Below, one piece after another: positions 49,041 through 62,895 of a DNA stretch of 64,000 nt. The translations under genes were made by a program, and so were the position numbers. A model generated the notes under the pieces. The model made no database searches. It was not told the origin of the DNA and worked only from the letters and a program-made list of their open reading frames with translations. Position 1 is the stretch's first letter. Every line of letters starts with the position of its first letter. Origin of the DNA: Mobula hypostoma (taxonomy: Eukaryota); the NCBI RefSeq assembly GCF_963921235.1, contig NC_086108.1, positions 44,208,001 through 44,272,000 of the forward strand, given 5' to 3'.

Positions 49041-50399
49041 TAACATGGGCTTCCAGCGCTGCCACGCTTGCTGCGGATCCGCTAGAGTGTCTCGATAATC
49101 TAGATGAACGTAGTGAACACACTGACCTGGTTTCAAGGCTTCTCTTCTCCGCTGCCGACATTCTGACTTTATGTCACGTGGAGCTTGCAGGATCAATAAC
49201 TTATCCACCGCGGATGAATTCACCATTGAGACTGGAGACTGTCCTTTCACTATTGTGCCCTCGCTCAACAGTGTCTCCACTTTCTTAAGCAAGACAGACA
49301 GGTAATCTTCAGTCCCAGTGTAGTTGTGGTTTGAAGACGGCTTTGTTATTCACCAGTACACAAGGAGCCGATGTAAAAAGACAGTACTCCCAGCATTCTC
49401 ACAAAAGGTAGATTCAAATATTGATTGAAATTCCTTTCACTTCTAACAAGTGTTTCTAACTACTGTACTAAATGAAATGTACAAAGACATTAAATGGCCA
49501 ACCTGATGACAAAGTTGCTTAACAATGTGATAATGAGCAACCAACAACAGCTGTACGCACAAGTAAGTAGTGAGATCGAGTAATTACAGATAAAATAACA
49601 ATCCAAATCAGGGAAGACATAACACTCCCCACCTGGTATCTGTAAAAGATGCCACCAACTGAACTCATGGCTTTCACAAAAAAAAATTAAAACATATTAG
49701 AGTCAATTCTCCTGATTAATTGAACAGCACAGTCATCTGCTAAATAGTAATGAGACCATAACTGGATTTGAAACACAAGAGTAAAACTCTATCCTTCAAG
49801 AGGGATCACCACCTAAACTTCAAAATAAGCCAATTAGATCATATCAAATTAACAGAGAATCCAAAACAAATCTAGAATCTGTACAAACTTAAAAGATTGT
49901 CTCCGTTTTTACAGATTTGTAATCAGATAATGAGAATCAACAACAGCTGTGGAAGCAGTGAGATCTAGTAATTAGAAATAAAGTAACAGTCCATATCAGG
50001 AAAGACATAACAGACCCCTTTTTTCCTAAACTTTGCCTTCTGCCAGTCAGCCAATCTTCTATCTTTCCTGTAATACCAGGGATTCTTTCTCATTTAGCAG
50101 TCTCATGTGTGGCACCTTTATTGAAGGCCATCTGAAAATCCAAGTAAACATCATCTGACTCTCCTTTGTCTATCCTGCCTGTTACTTCCTCAAAGAATTT
50201 CAATGGCACTCTTAGGCAAGATATCCCCTTAAGGAAACTATGCTGACTTCCACCTGTTTTATTGTGTGCCTCCAAGTACCCCAAAACCTCATCTTTAATA
50301 ATGGACTTCAACATCTTACCAACTACTAAAGTCAGGCTAACTGGCCTATAATTTCCTGGTTTATTTGCTTCCAAGGCTGAGGTGTAAAGTGCAATATTT

Positions 50400-50755
50400 C
50401 CTAAAGGTTAACCTGCAGGTTGAGTCAGTAATGGGGAAGGTAAATATAATGTTATTATTCATTTCCAAAGGACGAGAATACAAGGATGTAATGCTGAGGC
50501 ACTACAAGGCAATAGTCAGATGATATTTGGAGTATTGTGAGCAGTTTTGGGACCCATGTCCAAGGAAAGATTTGTTGGTATTGGAGAGTGTCCAAAGGAG
50601 GTTTATGACAATGAAAGGGGAACATATAAAGAGCATCTGATGGAATGGTTATGGAGAAAAGGCAAGAGAATGTGGTTGAGAAGGAAAAATAAATCAACCA
50701 GGACTGAATAGTAGAGCAGACTCAATAGGCTGAATGGCCTAATTCTGCTCCAAAA
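50400..50755 (+). mobile_element. Old CR1 3' fragment with internal deletion
   Basis: ttggagtattgtgagcagttttgg and ggcctaattctgctcc tail. Confidence 0.7.
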
Positions 50756-52260
50756 TCATAGAGGAGCTGCATGTATCTGGCTGTAGTCAGCAGCTACCAA
50801 ATGACTTAGCAATTTTTTTCTGGCTGTTCAGACTTTGCCCAGCAATCATTGTGAGCTGCTGCCACAAAACAAAACCATTGGAAATGATTTTATTGGCTAA
50901 AATGGCACGTTTATCAGATGAGCTGCTTGGAAAACCACCCTTGAAATGTCATTGGGTGAACATAAGCAGACCAAGCAAATCAACCTGCTGTTTACTTTCA
51001 ATGCAACACTGAAACTTTTTATTGTTTTAGTACTAGTGGAAATTATTAGATGAAAGCGCATGAGCAACCATTTTAGCAGAAAAATCATTCAATATATTAG
51101 TCAAATGGTCTACTGGAAAAGGGAATGCAACACACAAAATCTTGCCAGTTTGCTCTTAAAATGTTTTGCTAATCATTTTAAAGTAAGGAACAGTAACATT
51201 TCTACTTACAAGTCTCGTCCCATACCATACAGTTGACTCATTCTGGAGAAAATAAGGGTGGTACTAATGTGAGTTTAAAAAGTTGAAAATAAACATTTTG
51301 GGTATGAGGGATTTCAGACCAGAACTGGAATACCAATGACCTTAAACTATGACAAGTGACTACCTGCCAGAAAATCTGATCAGCTGTCTGTCTATGGATA
51401 CTGCTAAGGTGCACTCTGTGAATATTTCACTGGGAAAGTGGTTATGTGAAAGGGTTAAAGTGCCTGCCTGCCTGCACCCCCCCCCCCACCCCCTGTTCAT
51501 AATTGTCTTTTATCTTAGTGTTGAAAATGTTTAGAATGATCTTTTGCTCTAGTTTATGATTAGGTAGAGGGAACTCAGTAGCCCTCTCTTAATCCTTATC
51601 TGTGGATTTGTTTACCTCAGAAGTATAAGATATGGGTGGTTAAGCAGAGGCAGGATAATTAAATGAAAATTAGTCACCCGGACTTTTCAAGGGCACCTTT
51701 TCATTGCAAGAACAATGAGTAGAGCTTTTTGCAAAAACTGTATACAAAGGACTCGCTGTTACTTAATCGGACAACACCAAGAACCAGATTGCGACCGGTG
51801 CAGGGCAAAAGCGTGACACCCGATGGCTATCAAGTCAGGTATCTCCAACGAGCAGGATGGGCAAGTTAAGATGTCCTATCTTGATGCAAGTTGTTAGTTT
51901 ACTTTATTTCAACTTTAATAAATCGTAGAAGTTAGCTACTACTTTCTGTTTGGTGTTCCATTTCCAAAAACGTGCTGCAAATTAAAGAATCAAAACAACA
52001 AGAACAAGTCATTCCATTCAGTTACAGATGAGTTACATAAAATTAGCAATCACCACTTGCCAGCACGCCAATCAAGGATTGGGATTGGATGACTGAATCC
52101 TCTTCCTTTTACATGGTTTCAGCTTCAAGTTTGCTATTCAAGGATATCTGATCAATAGGAAGCTTTCAACATTCAAAATAAATTTATTATCGAAGTACAT
52201 ACAAAACCCTGAGATTCATTTTCTTGCAGGCCTACTCAGTAAATCCAATAACCATTATAG

Positions 52261-55200
52261 ATTATATTTCTGGATCATTGGGATCTCTTCTGGGGAAGGT
52301 CTGACCTGTACAAAAAGGACGGGCTGCACCTGAACTGGAAAGGGACCAATATCCTGGTGAGCAGGTTTGCTAGAGCTGTTGGGGAGGATTTAAACTAGTT
52401 TGGCAGGGGGGTGGGACTCAGAATGTGAGTGCAGAGATTAGGGTAGAAGGACAAGGGCATGATGCTATGTGTTCTGAGTTGGTGAGGAAGGACAGGCAGG
52501 GGACAAAACATAAATGTAGCCAGTTAGAGGGGTTGAAATGTGTCTATTTCAACGCGAGGAGTATTAGAAATAAGGGGAATGAACTTAGAGCATGGATCAG
52601 TGCGTGGAACTACGATGTTGTGGCCGTTACTGAAATTTGGTTGGAGGAAAGGGAGGGGGGAGTAGCATTACTGGTCAGGGATAGTATCACGGCTATAGAA
52701 AGGGAGGACGCTGCAGAGGGAGTGTCTACTGAGTTGGTGTGGGTGGAAGTCAGAAATAGGAAGGGATCAATCACTGTGCTGGGAGTAGTCTATAGGCCCC
52801 CAAATAGCCCTCGGGACACCGAGGAGCAGGTAAGCAGACTGATTTTAGAATGGTGCAGGAGATACAGGGTTGTAGTTATGGGTGATTTCAACTTCCCTCA
52901 TATCGACTGACACCTCCTGACTGCAAGGAGGGTAGATGGGGCTGAATTTGTCAGGTGTGTTCAAGAAGGATTCCTGACACAGTATGTCAGCCGGCCAATG
53001 AGAGTAGAGGCCATACTGGATCTAGTTCTGGGTAATGAACCTGGTCAGGTGGCAGACCTCTTGGCGGCGGGGGGGGGGGGAAGCATTTTGGTGAGAGTGA
53101 CCACAACTCCCTCTGCTTCAGCATAGCTATGGAAAAGGATAAAAACAGACAAAATGGGGAAGTGCTTAACTGGGGAAGGGCTAACTGGGGCAGGAACTAG
53201 TGAGAGTAAATTGGAAACAGATGTTCAAGGGTGAAAGCACAGATGTAATGTGGAGGAAGTTTAGGGACCACTTGTGCTGGGTTCAGGATAGGTTTGTCCC
53301 ACTGAGACAAGGAAAAAATGGTAGGAAAAGGGAACCATGGCTGACAAAACACATGAGGCAACTCGTCAAGAGGAAGAAGGATGCAGGAAGGGCTCATGAG
53401 AAATATAGGGTAGCCAGGAAGGAGCTTAAGAAAGGATTTAGGAGAGCTCGAAGGGGGCATGAGAAGGCCTTGACATGTAGGGTTAAGGAGAACCCCAAGG
53501 CATTCTATGCATATGTGAAGAACAGAAGGATGACAAGAATGAAGGTGGGGCCGCTAAAGGATAAAGAAGACAACATGTGCCTGGAGGCGGAGGAGATTGG
53601 GGAGGTCCTAAATGAATATTTTGCTTCAGTAGTCACAAGTGAAAAGGACTTTGATCAGGGTGAGGTCGAAATAGAACAGGCCTGTGTGCTGGACAATATG
53701 GAGATTAAGGAAGAAGAAGTGTTGGATCTTCTTAAAAACATCAAGATTGATAAGTCCCCAGGGCTGGACGTGATATACCCCAGGTTGCTGTGGGAAGTGA
53801 GAGAAGAGGTCGCTGGAGCAGTAGCTATGATCTTTGAATCCTCTTTGGCTGCAGGGGTGGTGCCGGAGGATTGGAGAATGGCAAATATAGTTCCCTTGTT
53901 TAAAAAGGTAACAGGGAGAATCCTGGGAACTATAGACTGGTGAGTCTTACGTCGGTGGTCTGCAAACTATTGGAAAGGATTCTTAAGAATAGGATCTACG
54001 AGCACTTGGAGAAGTACAGTCTACTCAAGGATAGTCAACATGGCTTTGTGAAGGAAGGTCGTGCCTCACGAGCCTAATTGAGTTTTTTTGAAGAGGTAAC
54101 AAAAGAAATCGATGAGGGTAGCATGGTAGATGCGGTGTACATGGATACTAGCAAGGCATTTGACAAGGTCCCCCACGAGAGACTCATCCAGGAAGTCATG
54201 AGGCATGGGATCAGTGGAACCTTGACTGTTTGGATAAAAAATTGGCTTAAAGGTAGAAAGCAGAGGGTAGTAGTGGAAGGAAAGTATTCTGCCTGGAGGT
54301 CGGTTACTAGTGGAGTGCCGCAAGGATCTGTCCTGGGACCCTTGCTCTTTGTGATTTTTATAAATGACCTGGATGAAGAGGCGGAAGGATGGGTGAGTAA
54401 GTTTGCAGATGACACGAAGATTGGAGGAGTTGTGGATGGAGCTGTAGGTTGTCGAAGGTTACAAGAGATTAGAGATAGGATGCAGAGTTGGGCAGTAAAG
54501 TGGCAGATGGAGTTCAATCTGGATAAGTGTGAGGTGATGCATTTTGGAAGAACAAACCAGAAGGCTGAGTACAGGGTTAATGGTCGGTTACTTAAGAATG
54601 TGGATGAACAGAGGGACCTCGGGGTTCAAATCCATACATCCCTCAAGGTCGCTGCACAGGTTGATAGGATAGTTAAGAAGGCCTATGGGATGCTAGGCTT
54701 CATTAATAGGGGGATTGAGTTCAAGAGTAGAGAGGTCATGCTGCAACTCTACAAATCTCTGGTGAGACCGCACTTAGGGTATGGTGTTCAGTTCTGGTCA
54801 CCTCATTATAGGAAGGATGTGGAAGCTATGGAAAGGGTGTAGAGGAGATTTAGCAGAATGTTGCCTGGATTGGAAAACAAGTCTTATTAGGCAAGGTTAG
54901 CAGAGCTGGGACTTTTCTCTTTGGAGCGTAGAAGGATGAGAGGGGACTTGATTGAGGTCTACAGGATTATGAGAGGCATAGATAGGGTGGATAGCCAGTA
55001 CCTGTTTCCGAGGGCACGAACAGCAAGCACTAGAGGGCATATGTACAAAGTTAAGGGAGGGAAGTTTAGGGGAGACATCAGGGGTAAGTGTTTTACACAG
55101 AGAGCTGTGGGTGCCTGGAATGACTTGCCAGGGATGGTGGTGGAGGCTAAAACATTAGGGGTATTTAACAGCCTCTTGGACAGGCACATGGATGAAAGAA

Positions 55201-55322
55201 AAATAGACGGTTACGGGGTAGTGTGAGTTTAGTACGTTTTATTTTAAGGAATATATGGGTCGGTACATCGAGGGCCGAAGGGCCTGTACTGCACTGTAGT
55301 ATTCTAGTGTCTTCTAGTGTCT
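52261..55322 (+). mobile_element. CR1 LINE (ORF1 C-terminus and near-complete ORF2 with a few frameshifts)
   Basis: DGLHLNWKG; YFNARSIRNK; VYRPP; MGDFNFP; KFADDTK; (ttctagtgtc) tail. Confidence 0.93.
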
Positions 55323-55326
55323 AATC

Positions 55327-58300
55327 TGTAGGTTTTTACAAATAAAAATGGCAGAGGAATTTTCTGTTTAAGACAAACCATAGCAACTCATTTATTGCAC
55401 TTCAAATACTGAACACAAAGCATGGTAAAAAGTTCCTTATGTAATTACATTATTACGTCAGATCAGCCTCTTAAAGTGAACCCCGAACTCAATGTTGGCG
55501 GCTGTGAATGTTCCACTAATTACTTTACCCTACACAGGACCCCAGAATTCACTCAAACCGGTATTGTGAGCCATCTGCCTCAGATCCGATGTGCCATGGG
55601 AGGAGGAACAGCAGAGGCCTCTGGCTCGTCCGGAGGTGTGTTCACACATTCATGGTCATGTCATGACAGCAGAGGTGTAGTAGTGGAATCCTCCAAATCT
55701 TGGTGGGCTGGTTTAAGACGATGTACTGAAATACATTCAGGGTTACCTCTCTTATCTATGATAAAAAGTCTTTTCTTCCTGTTCCAAAATGTGGAACAGG
55801 CCATCACACAGAGGCCTAAGGGGATGTTGGTGCATCATGGCAGGCAAAAACAAACGAGGTAGAATGTAGGTCAACAGGAAACAAAGATACTGTATGCCAT
55901 GATGGGAGGTAGGAATAGGTACCTCCGAATTGAATTTACTGAGGAGTGTGGAACTCTGTTGAGAGGCCGACGAGGTAGACGTGGCGTCAGGAAAAAGATC
56001 ACCTGGCCCTCGTAATGGCTGCCCATATACCGACTCAGCTGCGGATCACTGCAGATCCTCTTTGAAGCTCTTCTGAGTCCCAGCAGGTCCCACAGGATAT
56101 GATCATGCCAACACTCATCGCTCTGGGAAGCCCTCAAAGCAGCCTGTAAGGAGCTGTGAAACCACATGCATAGGCCATTGGACTGCAGGTGATACATAGT
56201 GGTGTGACGTAGCCTAATGCCAAGGTTCCAGGCCATCACAGCCCAGAGGTCTGATATGAATTGGAGACAGTGGTCAGAAAAACTATCAGATGGGGTGCCA
56301 AACTGAGCAACCCGAGTGCGGATGAACACCTGAACCACGTCTGTGGCCGTTGTCGATGCTAGAGGGATGATATCCGGCCACCTGGTGGTATGGACACCAC
56401 GGAAAGGAGGGGTGAAATCATGGGAGGGGGAAGAGGCCCAACCAGATCCACATTAACAAGGTCAAACTGATGCTCAGGGACCTCAAAAGGTGCCAATAGT
56501 GCCTGGACATGGCGGTTAATTCTTCCCTGCTGGCACTCCACACAGGCTGCAGTCCAATCACGCACATCCTTTCTAGGGCCGTGCCCCACAAACTTTGGTG
56601 CAACAAGTTTTTGTGAGGCCTCCCAGCCCAGATGCGAAAGGCCACATATGGAGTTAAAAACCGTCCCCCTCCAGTTTGCGGGCACAATGGGGAGAGGGCG
56701 CCCAGTTGAGACATCACACAGGACAGAGACCCCAGCTTCCCTGAGCTTAACACCAGCCAACCGCAGGCCCATGACTGCTGTCCTGTAAGCCGGGACCTCT
56801 GAGTCATTTGTTCGGTCAGCTGCCATATCGGCATAGTCAACCCCTATGTGTACGGCCTCAACAGCTGGCCATAAGAGGCAATTGGCCACGGTGTGATTTT
56901 TCCCCTCGACATGTTGTATATCTGTTGTGTAGGTCAGGTGGTATTACTGCCATGCAGACCAAGGATCTGATACTTCGGCCATCACATGCACAAGGGGTTT
57001 GTGGTCAACACACGCTGAGAAATGGCTACCCTCCAAAAGAAAACAAAAATGACGGTCAGCCAGATAGAGACTGAGAAACTCACAGTCAAACGTTTGTACT
57101 TCATTTCTGGAATACAGACTTACCGGCTAAAATAGGCGAGCAGCTGCCACACGCCTTGGACCAACTGTTCATGCACAGTATCCACAACGTAGTCTGAAGC
57201 ATCAGAGGTAACAGCTAAAGGTGTGTTGGGGAGCGGGTGAGCCTGTAGGGTCATGTTGGAAAGAGCTCATTTGGTATCATTAAATGCCCTGGTCATGTCC
57301 ACTGACCTGTGATTAGGGGCACTGCCTTTAAGTGCACTATACAGGGGAAGCACATGTTCAGCAGCTTGCGAAATGAAGCGGTGATAGAAATTCAACATGC
57401 CTAAAAACTCCTGTAGTTTTTTTGTGGTGTGGGGCAGTGGGAAATCCATAATAGTGGCTACTTTTGACGGGAGAGGTTCCGCACCTTCAGCGGAGATGTG
57501 ATGGCCAAGAAAGTCAATGGTTGACCCCTGAAACTGGCATTTAGCAGAGCTAATAATCAATCCATGTTGGCTTAAAACCTCAGAACATGTTTGGTGACGA
57601 GATACGTGTTCAGATTTGGACGCACAGGTGACAAGCATGTCATCCAGGTAAACTAAAAGATAATCTAAGACTTTAAATACAGAGTCCATCAGTCATTGGA
57701 AAGCCTGTGCTGCATTTTTCAGCCAAAACTGCATGTGCAGAAACTTAAAGAGGCCAAATGGGGTTATTATCGCTATTTTTGGAGTGTCCTCCGAATACTC
57801 ATGCACCTGATGGTAGCCCCTAACTAGACTGACTTCGGAAAAACTTAACTTTCCGACTAATCCTGTCCAGGTATCAATCAGGGTGGTGGCCTCTTTAAGG
57901 CATCAGTAATTGCCACAAGCGTGGCAACCACGATTGGACTTGGGGACCGTATGGAGGGGTGAAGCCCAGAGCCTATTGGCCAACAATGCCAAGTCTCTCC
58001 AGATGACTCTGGCACCTAGAACCTGCATTGTTCAGACTTCTGATGCCCAATGCGCTGGCACTGACGAAGCAGTAAGGCGGTCAGCACTTCCTAGCATTCA
58101 TACCAAAGCAAGCACAGTAAAAACACAGACCCGGCATAGTCTATTTCACAGCTGTGGGCATCTTTATGTTGGAAGCCTTACTGACAAGGCTCATTGAGGT
58201 AGGGAAAGGAGGAGTGATGAACTGCTGCCTGGCTGAGTGTAGACTATTAGTCATTTTAGATAGCACCCTATGGTCATTCACAGGTGCATTAGCGAGGGCT

Positions 58301-58952
58301 GTGCGAACTTGATCAGGCATTTGCCGCATGAAGAATTCTTTAAAAATAAAACAAGGATGATGTGTTCCCTGGAGAGACAGTATGTGGTTCATTACCTCCG
58401 ACAGCTTAGCATCGCTGAGGCCGGGCAAGCAGACCAACTGTTTGGTGTGCTCAGACTCCAACCGTCCAAAAGTCTATAAAAAGTAAAACGTAAGTTTTCA
58501 GCAATCGGTATTTACCAAGTTCAGGCGAGTGTTCTAGTAGACTCACCACTCTCGCAGCTGTGGAATTGCTGCACAATGCTACCACATAGAAATATCTGGT
58601 GTTGTCGGCAGTGATTTCTCGCAGGGCAAACTAGGCCTCAGCTTGTATGGACTAAGCGACGGCATTTTGCTCCCAAAACTCCAACTATTTCGAAGTGGCT
58701 ACATTGGCCAACATATTCAATAACTCTGAAATGGTCCTAGAGCATCCGTGTCACCAATGTAGGTTTTTGCAAATAAGAATGCAAGAAAAATCATAACAAC
58801 TCATTATTGTACTCCAAACACTGAACACAATGTGCAGTAAAAGTACTTTACACAATTACATCATCATGTCAGACCAGCCTCTTAAAGTGAATCCCAACTC
58901 AATGTCGGTGGCTGTGAACTATGTATGGTTCCACCAGTTACGCTACCCTACA
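55327..58952 (-). mobile_element. Ty3/Gypsy LTR retrotransposon, degenerate, LTRs at 55327-55534 and 58758-58952
   Basis: TGTAG...CTACA LTRs; PBS TGGTGACACGGATG resembling the tRNA-Trp 3' complement; RT VYLDDMLV, KCQF, LQEFLGMLNFYHRFI; integrase VDLVGPLP, HTTMYHLQSNG; TSD aatc/catc. Confidence 0.9.
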
Positions 58953-60129
58953 CATCAATGAAATACTGCACCCAACAGGGCAACACAACAAACTGTGCAA
59001 ATACAAAAGGGAAAAAAAAATAGTAATAAATAAATAAATAAATAAATAAGCAATAAATATCGAGAACATGATATGAAGACTCCTTGAAAATGAGTCTATA
59101 GATTGTGGGAACAATTCAATGATGGGGAAGATGAGGTTGAGTGAAGTTATCTGCTCTGGTTCAAGAGTCTGATAGTTGAGGGGGACTAACTGTTCCTAAA
59201 CCTGGTGGTGCAGGTCCTGAGCCACCTGTATCTTCTTCCTGGTGGCAAAAGCAAGGAGAGAGCATGACCTGGGTGGTGGAGGACCCTGATGATGGAAGCT
59301 ACTTTAATGCAACAGTGCTCCTTGTAGATGTGCTCAATGGTGGAGAGGACTTTACCCATGGTGGACTGGGCCATATCCACTACTTTTTGTAGGATTTTCC
59401 ATTCAAGGGCAATGGGCGTTTCCCTGTCAGGCCATGATGTAGCCAGTCAATATATTCTACACCACACGTCTTTAAAAGTTTGTCAAAGTTTTAAATGCCA
59501 TGCTGAATCTTCGCATACTTCTAAGGAAGTAGTACTAGCTGCTGTGCTTTCTTCAGAATGGTACTTACGTGTCATTCAGAATGACCCAGGACAGATCCTT
59601 TGAAATTATAACAGAGTTATCCTATGTTGTGGTGCTATGAACATTTGCAGAACATGTATGAGGGGGCAAGTGTGAAAAGCAAACCTGAGAAATGGAAGAC
59701 AGCAAGCAGAATGCCTATGATTAACTGCCCAATGCAATGGAGTTGCTGGTCAAGCAAAGAAGTTTGAATAAAGCTTTATTTGGATTGCTACCCCTGTTCT
59801 CCAACAGCCTACACACACCTGTACCAGATATGAAAGGTCAGACAAGTTGACTCTTCATTCTTGGAAAATGGGCTGCATAGCTCATAAGCATATTACAGTG
59901 GAATGAGGGATAACAATTAAGAGGAAAAGCAGGATAAAGTATCAAATATACAAGGTGATTGTAAAGAAATCATCAGGCTTGTGACGAGGTATCAGTTTAG
60001 AATGGTTTCTCTCTAATAATTGATAAAGAGAGCACAATATTTAAGGTAGTCACAAAAAAGTTGGATATTCCCATGCAGGCTTGCTGAAATCTGGTCACAA
60101 AATATTATTGAAAAGAATCAACTGCTTAG

Positions 60130-61460
60130 AACATAGAACAGTACAGCAGAGTATAGGCCCTTCAGCCCTTAGTATTATGGTGACCTTCTAACTTACTCCA
60201 GATGAATCTAACCCTTCCCTCCCACATACTCTCCATTTTTCTTTCATCCAAGAGTCTCTTAATTGTCTGTAATGTATCTGCCTCTACCACCGTGTGGTCT
60301 AACCAGTTTTATAGAGCTGTGACATTGCTTCGTAGCTCTTGACTCAATCCACCAGCTAATGAAGGCCAACATACCATACAGTTTCTTAACCAGCCTATCA
60401 CCTGGTGCAACAACTTTGAGGGACTTGGACCTCAAGATCCCTCTGTTCCTCCACACTAAGAATCCTACCATTAACCTTCTGCTCTGCCTTCAGGTTCAAC
60501 CTTCCAAAGTGAATCACTTCACACTCTTGCAGATTGTACTTCCTCATCTAAATAATTCATAAAAATCGCAAAGAGCAGAATAGATCTCTGCGGAAAACCA
60601 CAGACCTCCAGAAAGAATACACTCCATCGACCACCTTCTTCTTGGGCAAGCCAATTCTGAATGCACAAAGCCAAGTTTCCCTGGATCCCATGTTTCCTGG
60701 CTTTCTGGATGAGCCTACCATGGAGAACCTCATGAAACGCTTTACTAAAATCCATATGCACCTCATCCACCGCTTTGTTACTTCCTCAAAAATGTTCATC
60801 AGGACCATGAAGTATAGCCTGTCCTTATAGAACCATGCTGACTATCTCTAACCAAATGATGCTTCTCCAAATGCTCACAAATCCTCTAAAGATCCTCTTC
60901 AACAGTTTGCCAAGTACAGATGTAAGGCTCACTGGTCTATAATTCCTAGAATTATCCTTATTATCTTTCTTGAACAAAAGAATAATATTTGCCATTGTCC
61001 AATCTTCTGGTACTACTCCTGTGGCTAGTGAGTATGCAATGATCATCACCAATGGAGCAGCAATCTCTTCCCTCGCTCCCTGTAGAAACTTGGGGTATAC
61101 AACCTGTCCATCACCAGGGACTTTATCCTAATTTTTTTCAAAAGTTCCAACACATCCCCTTTCTTAATCTCAACATGTTCCAGCACATTAGCTTGTACTA
61201 TGCTGAACTCGCATTCATCAAAGTCCCTCTCACTGGTGGATATTGAGGCAAAGTATTCATTAAAGCCCTCTCCTAAATGCTCCAACTCCAGGCACATGGT
61301 TCCTCATTTATCCTTGATGAGTCCTACCCTCACTCTAGTCTTTCTTCTGTTCTTCACATACAGGTAGAATGCCTTGGGGGTTTTCCTTAATGCTACTCGT
61401 GAAGACCTTCTCATGTTCCCTTCTAGCTTTCCTAAGTCCATTCTTAAGCTCTTTCCTGGC
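60130..61460 (-). mobile_element. Old CR1 fragment with deletions
   Basis: NEYFASI, NYRPVSLTSVLGK, MDFSKAF remnants. Confidence 0.8.
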
Positions 61461-61637
61461 TCATTGACTAACTATAAATACAAGGAGAAAATAGATTAGA
61501 CTAGGTACATCATAAGGAGAAAAGCTTAGCACAGATTTGCTAAGCTAAATGGCTTAATTATGTGTCATAATAATTCATAACTAATTTAGCCTGAAAACTT
61601 CCAATATCTGATACATGTAGCTATAATTAAGGTATCA

Positions 61638-61961
<324 letters not shown>

Positions 61962-61971
61962 TCACAAACAT

Positions 61972-62895
61972 AATTTGATACGAAGATTGGTGGAAGGGCA
62001 GGTAGTGTTGAGGAAACAGGTAGGATGCAGAAGGACTTAGACAGATTAGGAGAATGGTTAAGAAAGTGGCAAATGAAATACAATGTTGGAAAATGCATGG
62101 TCATCCACTTTGGTAGTAGAAATAAATGTGCGGACTATTTTCTAAATGGGGAGAAAATCCAGGAATCTGAGATGCAGAGGGACTTGGGAGTCCTTGTGCA
62201 GAACACCCTGAAGGTTAACTTGCAGGTTGAGTCAGTGGTGAGCAAGGCAAATGCCATGTTAGCATTCATTTCAAGAAGTCTAGAATACAAGAGCAAGGAT
62301 GTGAAGCTGAGGGCTTTATAAGGCACTGGTGAGGCCTCACCTTGAGTATTGTGAACAGTTTTGGGCCCCTCATTTTAGAAAAGATGTGCTGGCATTGGAG
62401 AGGGTCCAGAGGAGGTCCACGAGGATGATTCCAGGAATGAAAGGGTTACCATACCAGGATGGTTCTGGGTCTGTACTCAGAATTCAGAAGGATGGGGGGT
62501 GGGGGGGGGATCTCATTGAAACCTTTTGAACGTTGAAAGGCCTAGACAGAGTAGATGTGGAAAGGATGTTTCCCATGGTGAGAGAGCCTAGGACAAAAGG
62601 GCACAGCCTCAGGGTAGAGGGGCGCTCTTTCAAAACAGAGATGTGGAAAAATTTCTTTAGCCAAAGGGTGGTGAATTTGTGGAATTTGTTGCCACATGCA
62701 GCTGTGGAGGACAGGTTGTTGGGTGTATTTACGGCAGAGATTGATAGGTCCTTGAGTGGACGTGGCATCAAAGATTACAGGGAGAAGGCCGGGAACTGGG
62801 GTTGAGGAGGAGAAAAGTATCAGCCATAATTGAATGGTAAAGCAGACTTGACGGGCCAGATGGCCTAATTCTGCTCCTATGTCTTATGGTCTTAT
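61972..62895 (+). mobile_element. CR1 3' part, about 110 bp upstream of the ACOT11-like exon acceptor
   Basis: QKDLDRLGEW...[11 protein letters not shown]...FFSQRVVNLWN; tail tcttatggtcttat. Confidence 0.9.

Larger units (their letters stand above)
43052..50012 (-). mobile_element. BEL/Pao LTR retrotransposon, internally deleted, with LTRs at 43052-43416 and 49251-49624 and a partial third LTR at 49926-50012
   Basis: Gag and protease remnants (FPPFSFFSSFI...ARMRNHPNF, CPLLRKPHLLQECRSF, LTECDQLPDNRKETPTPE, LLGRDI, WVIIGDVCLG); PPT ggtggggag before TGTTAT; TSD gatcc/gaccc. RT, RNase H and integrase not seen. Confidence 0.82.
41970..50370 (-). mobile_element. Old CR1 (41970-43051 and 50013-50370) split by the BEL element
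   Basis: RT sequence continues collinearly across the BEL insertion. Confidence 0.75.
52170..59605 (-). mobile_element. Rex1/Babar-like LINE 3' fragment (52170-52260 and 58953-59605) split by CR1 and Gypsy insertions
   Basis: HPGHALSLLLPPGRRYR...TTRFRNS; the 3'UTR rejoins across the insertions. Confidence 0.65.

Noticed and set aside
50760..52160. Possible enhancer with nuclear-receptor-like half sites in the repeat-free island
   Set aside because: Short motif matches are expected by chance; conservation or chromatin data would be needed.
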